Assembly: GCF_963921235.1 (NCBI RefSeq)
Contig: NC_086097.1
Span: 145,764,001-145,828,000 of the forward strand
Direction of reading: 5' to 3'
From: Mobula hypostoma
Taxonomy: Eukaryota
Length of the DNA: 64,000 nucleotides
Positions 62,901 to 64,000 of the stretch are shown here, in pieces; the stretch's first letter is position 1; the number at the start of each line of letters is the position of its first letter. A program made the translations under genes and the position numbers. A model generated the notes under the pieces. It searched no databases, was not told the DNA's origin, and was given only the letters and a program-made list of their open reading frames with translations.

Positions 62901-64000
62901 TAAACCCAAAAAAAAATAGTCACATCTGAGCTGGTATTTGATTTTAGGCTTATTCACTGCCTTTCAACTGGGCATCCAAATTTTGATTGTGAAACTCATA
63001 AGTTAGCTCATCATAATTCTGTATTAATTAAAATAACTATTTTTACATCAGATATCTCTGTGTATTATGATAGTAAGATAAAGTCCATTTGATGTTCCCA
63101 AGATTTATAAGCCCATTGACTGATGATAACTATTACTTTGTTTTCACACAGCAAATATGATGAGCCAGAGGATATCAAACTGGTATTTGCTCTTTCTGGC
63201 TTGGCTCCATGTAACTTACACATGTCTCACCTATCTTGCTCACACAGGGATCTTACCCTTTGCCCTCACCTATCCTGCTCCCTCTGGTTTTATCCCCAAT
63301 TCCTACCCACCCATTTCACTCTAGTCCTAACTCTTGCCCTCACCTATCCCACTTACTCAGGCTCCCTCTATTCATTGCCCACCCAACTCATTGCTCTGTT
63401 CTGCTCCTTCCAAACTCACATTGGCCAGGCTCCATCCTGGCTGCTCTAACCTGCTTCTCTCCTGCTCACACTGACGTGTCACATTAGTTCTCAGCCCAAC
63501 CTGCTCCATCCTGCTCACTCTTGCCTGCTATTTTCTTACTTGCCATAACTGTTCCAGTTCTGCTTGCATTGCTTTCATTTTGATATGCCCCTATCTATTC
63601 ACTCTGCCCCTATTGTTCTATTGGCCTGTCCCACTGAACCCTCTGGCTGTCTTTGGATTTGAAGCCAATTTTACAAGTTTTTTCTTTAATCTCTTCAGTG
63701 TTTGCAATGTACAGCACTCTGCAGTTTACCAGCCAGGCAGTATCACATTACCAGTCTGTCATATTGCTAATGCCTCAGGCACAGCAGGAGAGGCCAATGG
63801 AGAGGCAGGGAAAAACTATTTATGCAAACTTGGGTTCAATCCAATAACTTTAGGAGGACATTTTTTCAAAATGTTTAATCAATGTTTGGAAAAGAATGTT
63901 ATCATTTATGAAAAGATCTTTTTCACTAAACTCATCAGAACATTTGTCTCCTTGGCACTATTAACTCTAAAAGAAAACTTAGATGTGCCCAATGTTTATA

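Noticed and set aside
1..64000. CRISPR arrays, operons or other prokaryotic systems
   Set aside because: The sequence is intron-containing vertebrate DNA; the recurring motifs are dispersed TE copies, not regularly spaced repeat-spacer arrays.

Overview
Eukaryotic, repeat-rich vertebrate DNA; the repeat families present (CR1, Rex-Babar, V-SINE, Penelope-like) suggest a cartilaginous fish such as a ray or shark (inference). The only host gene I can support is CSRNP1 (AXUD1) on the minus strand. It has four coding exons (39573-39360, 37029-36770, 36185-35889, 31510-30479) giving a 600-aa protein with canonical GT-AG junctions, a likely non-coding first exon and GC-rich promoter near 56.1-56.6 kb, and a ~4.3-kb repeat-free 3' UTR. 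The rest is nested transposable elements: a Tc1 end, a decayed Gypsy LTR element, a young CR1 LINE, and CR1, Rex-Babar, RTE and SINE fragments. The most notable signal is a family of Penelope-like-element (PLE) termini, about a dozen copies, carrying a minimal type I hammerhead ribozyme (AGTC-CTGAYGA-stem II-GAAAC-GTC-GACT). Many copies form small fold-back elements with 10-15 bp target-site duplications and a constant arm asymmetry. One ribozyme has been split at its catalytic core by the young CR1 LINE.
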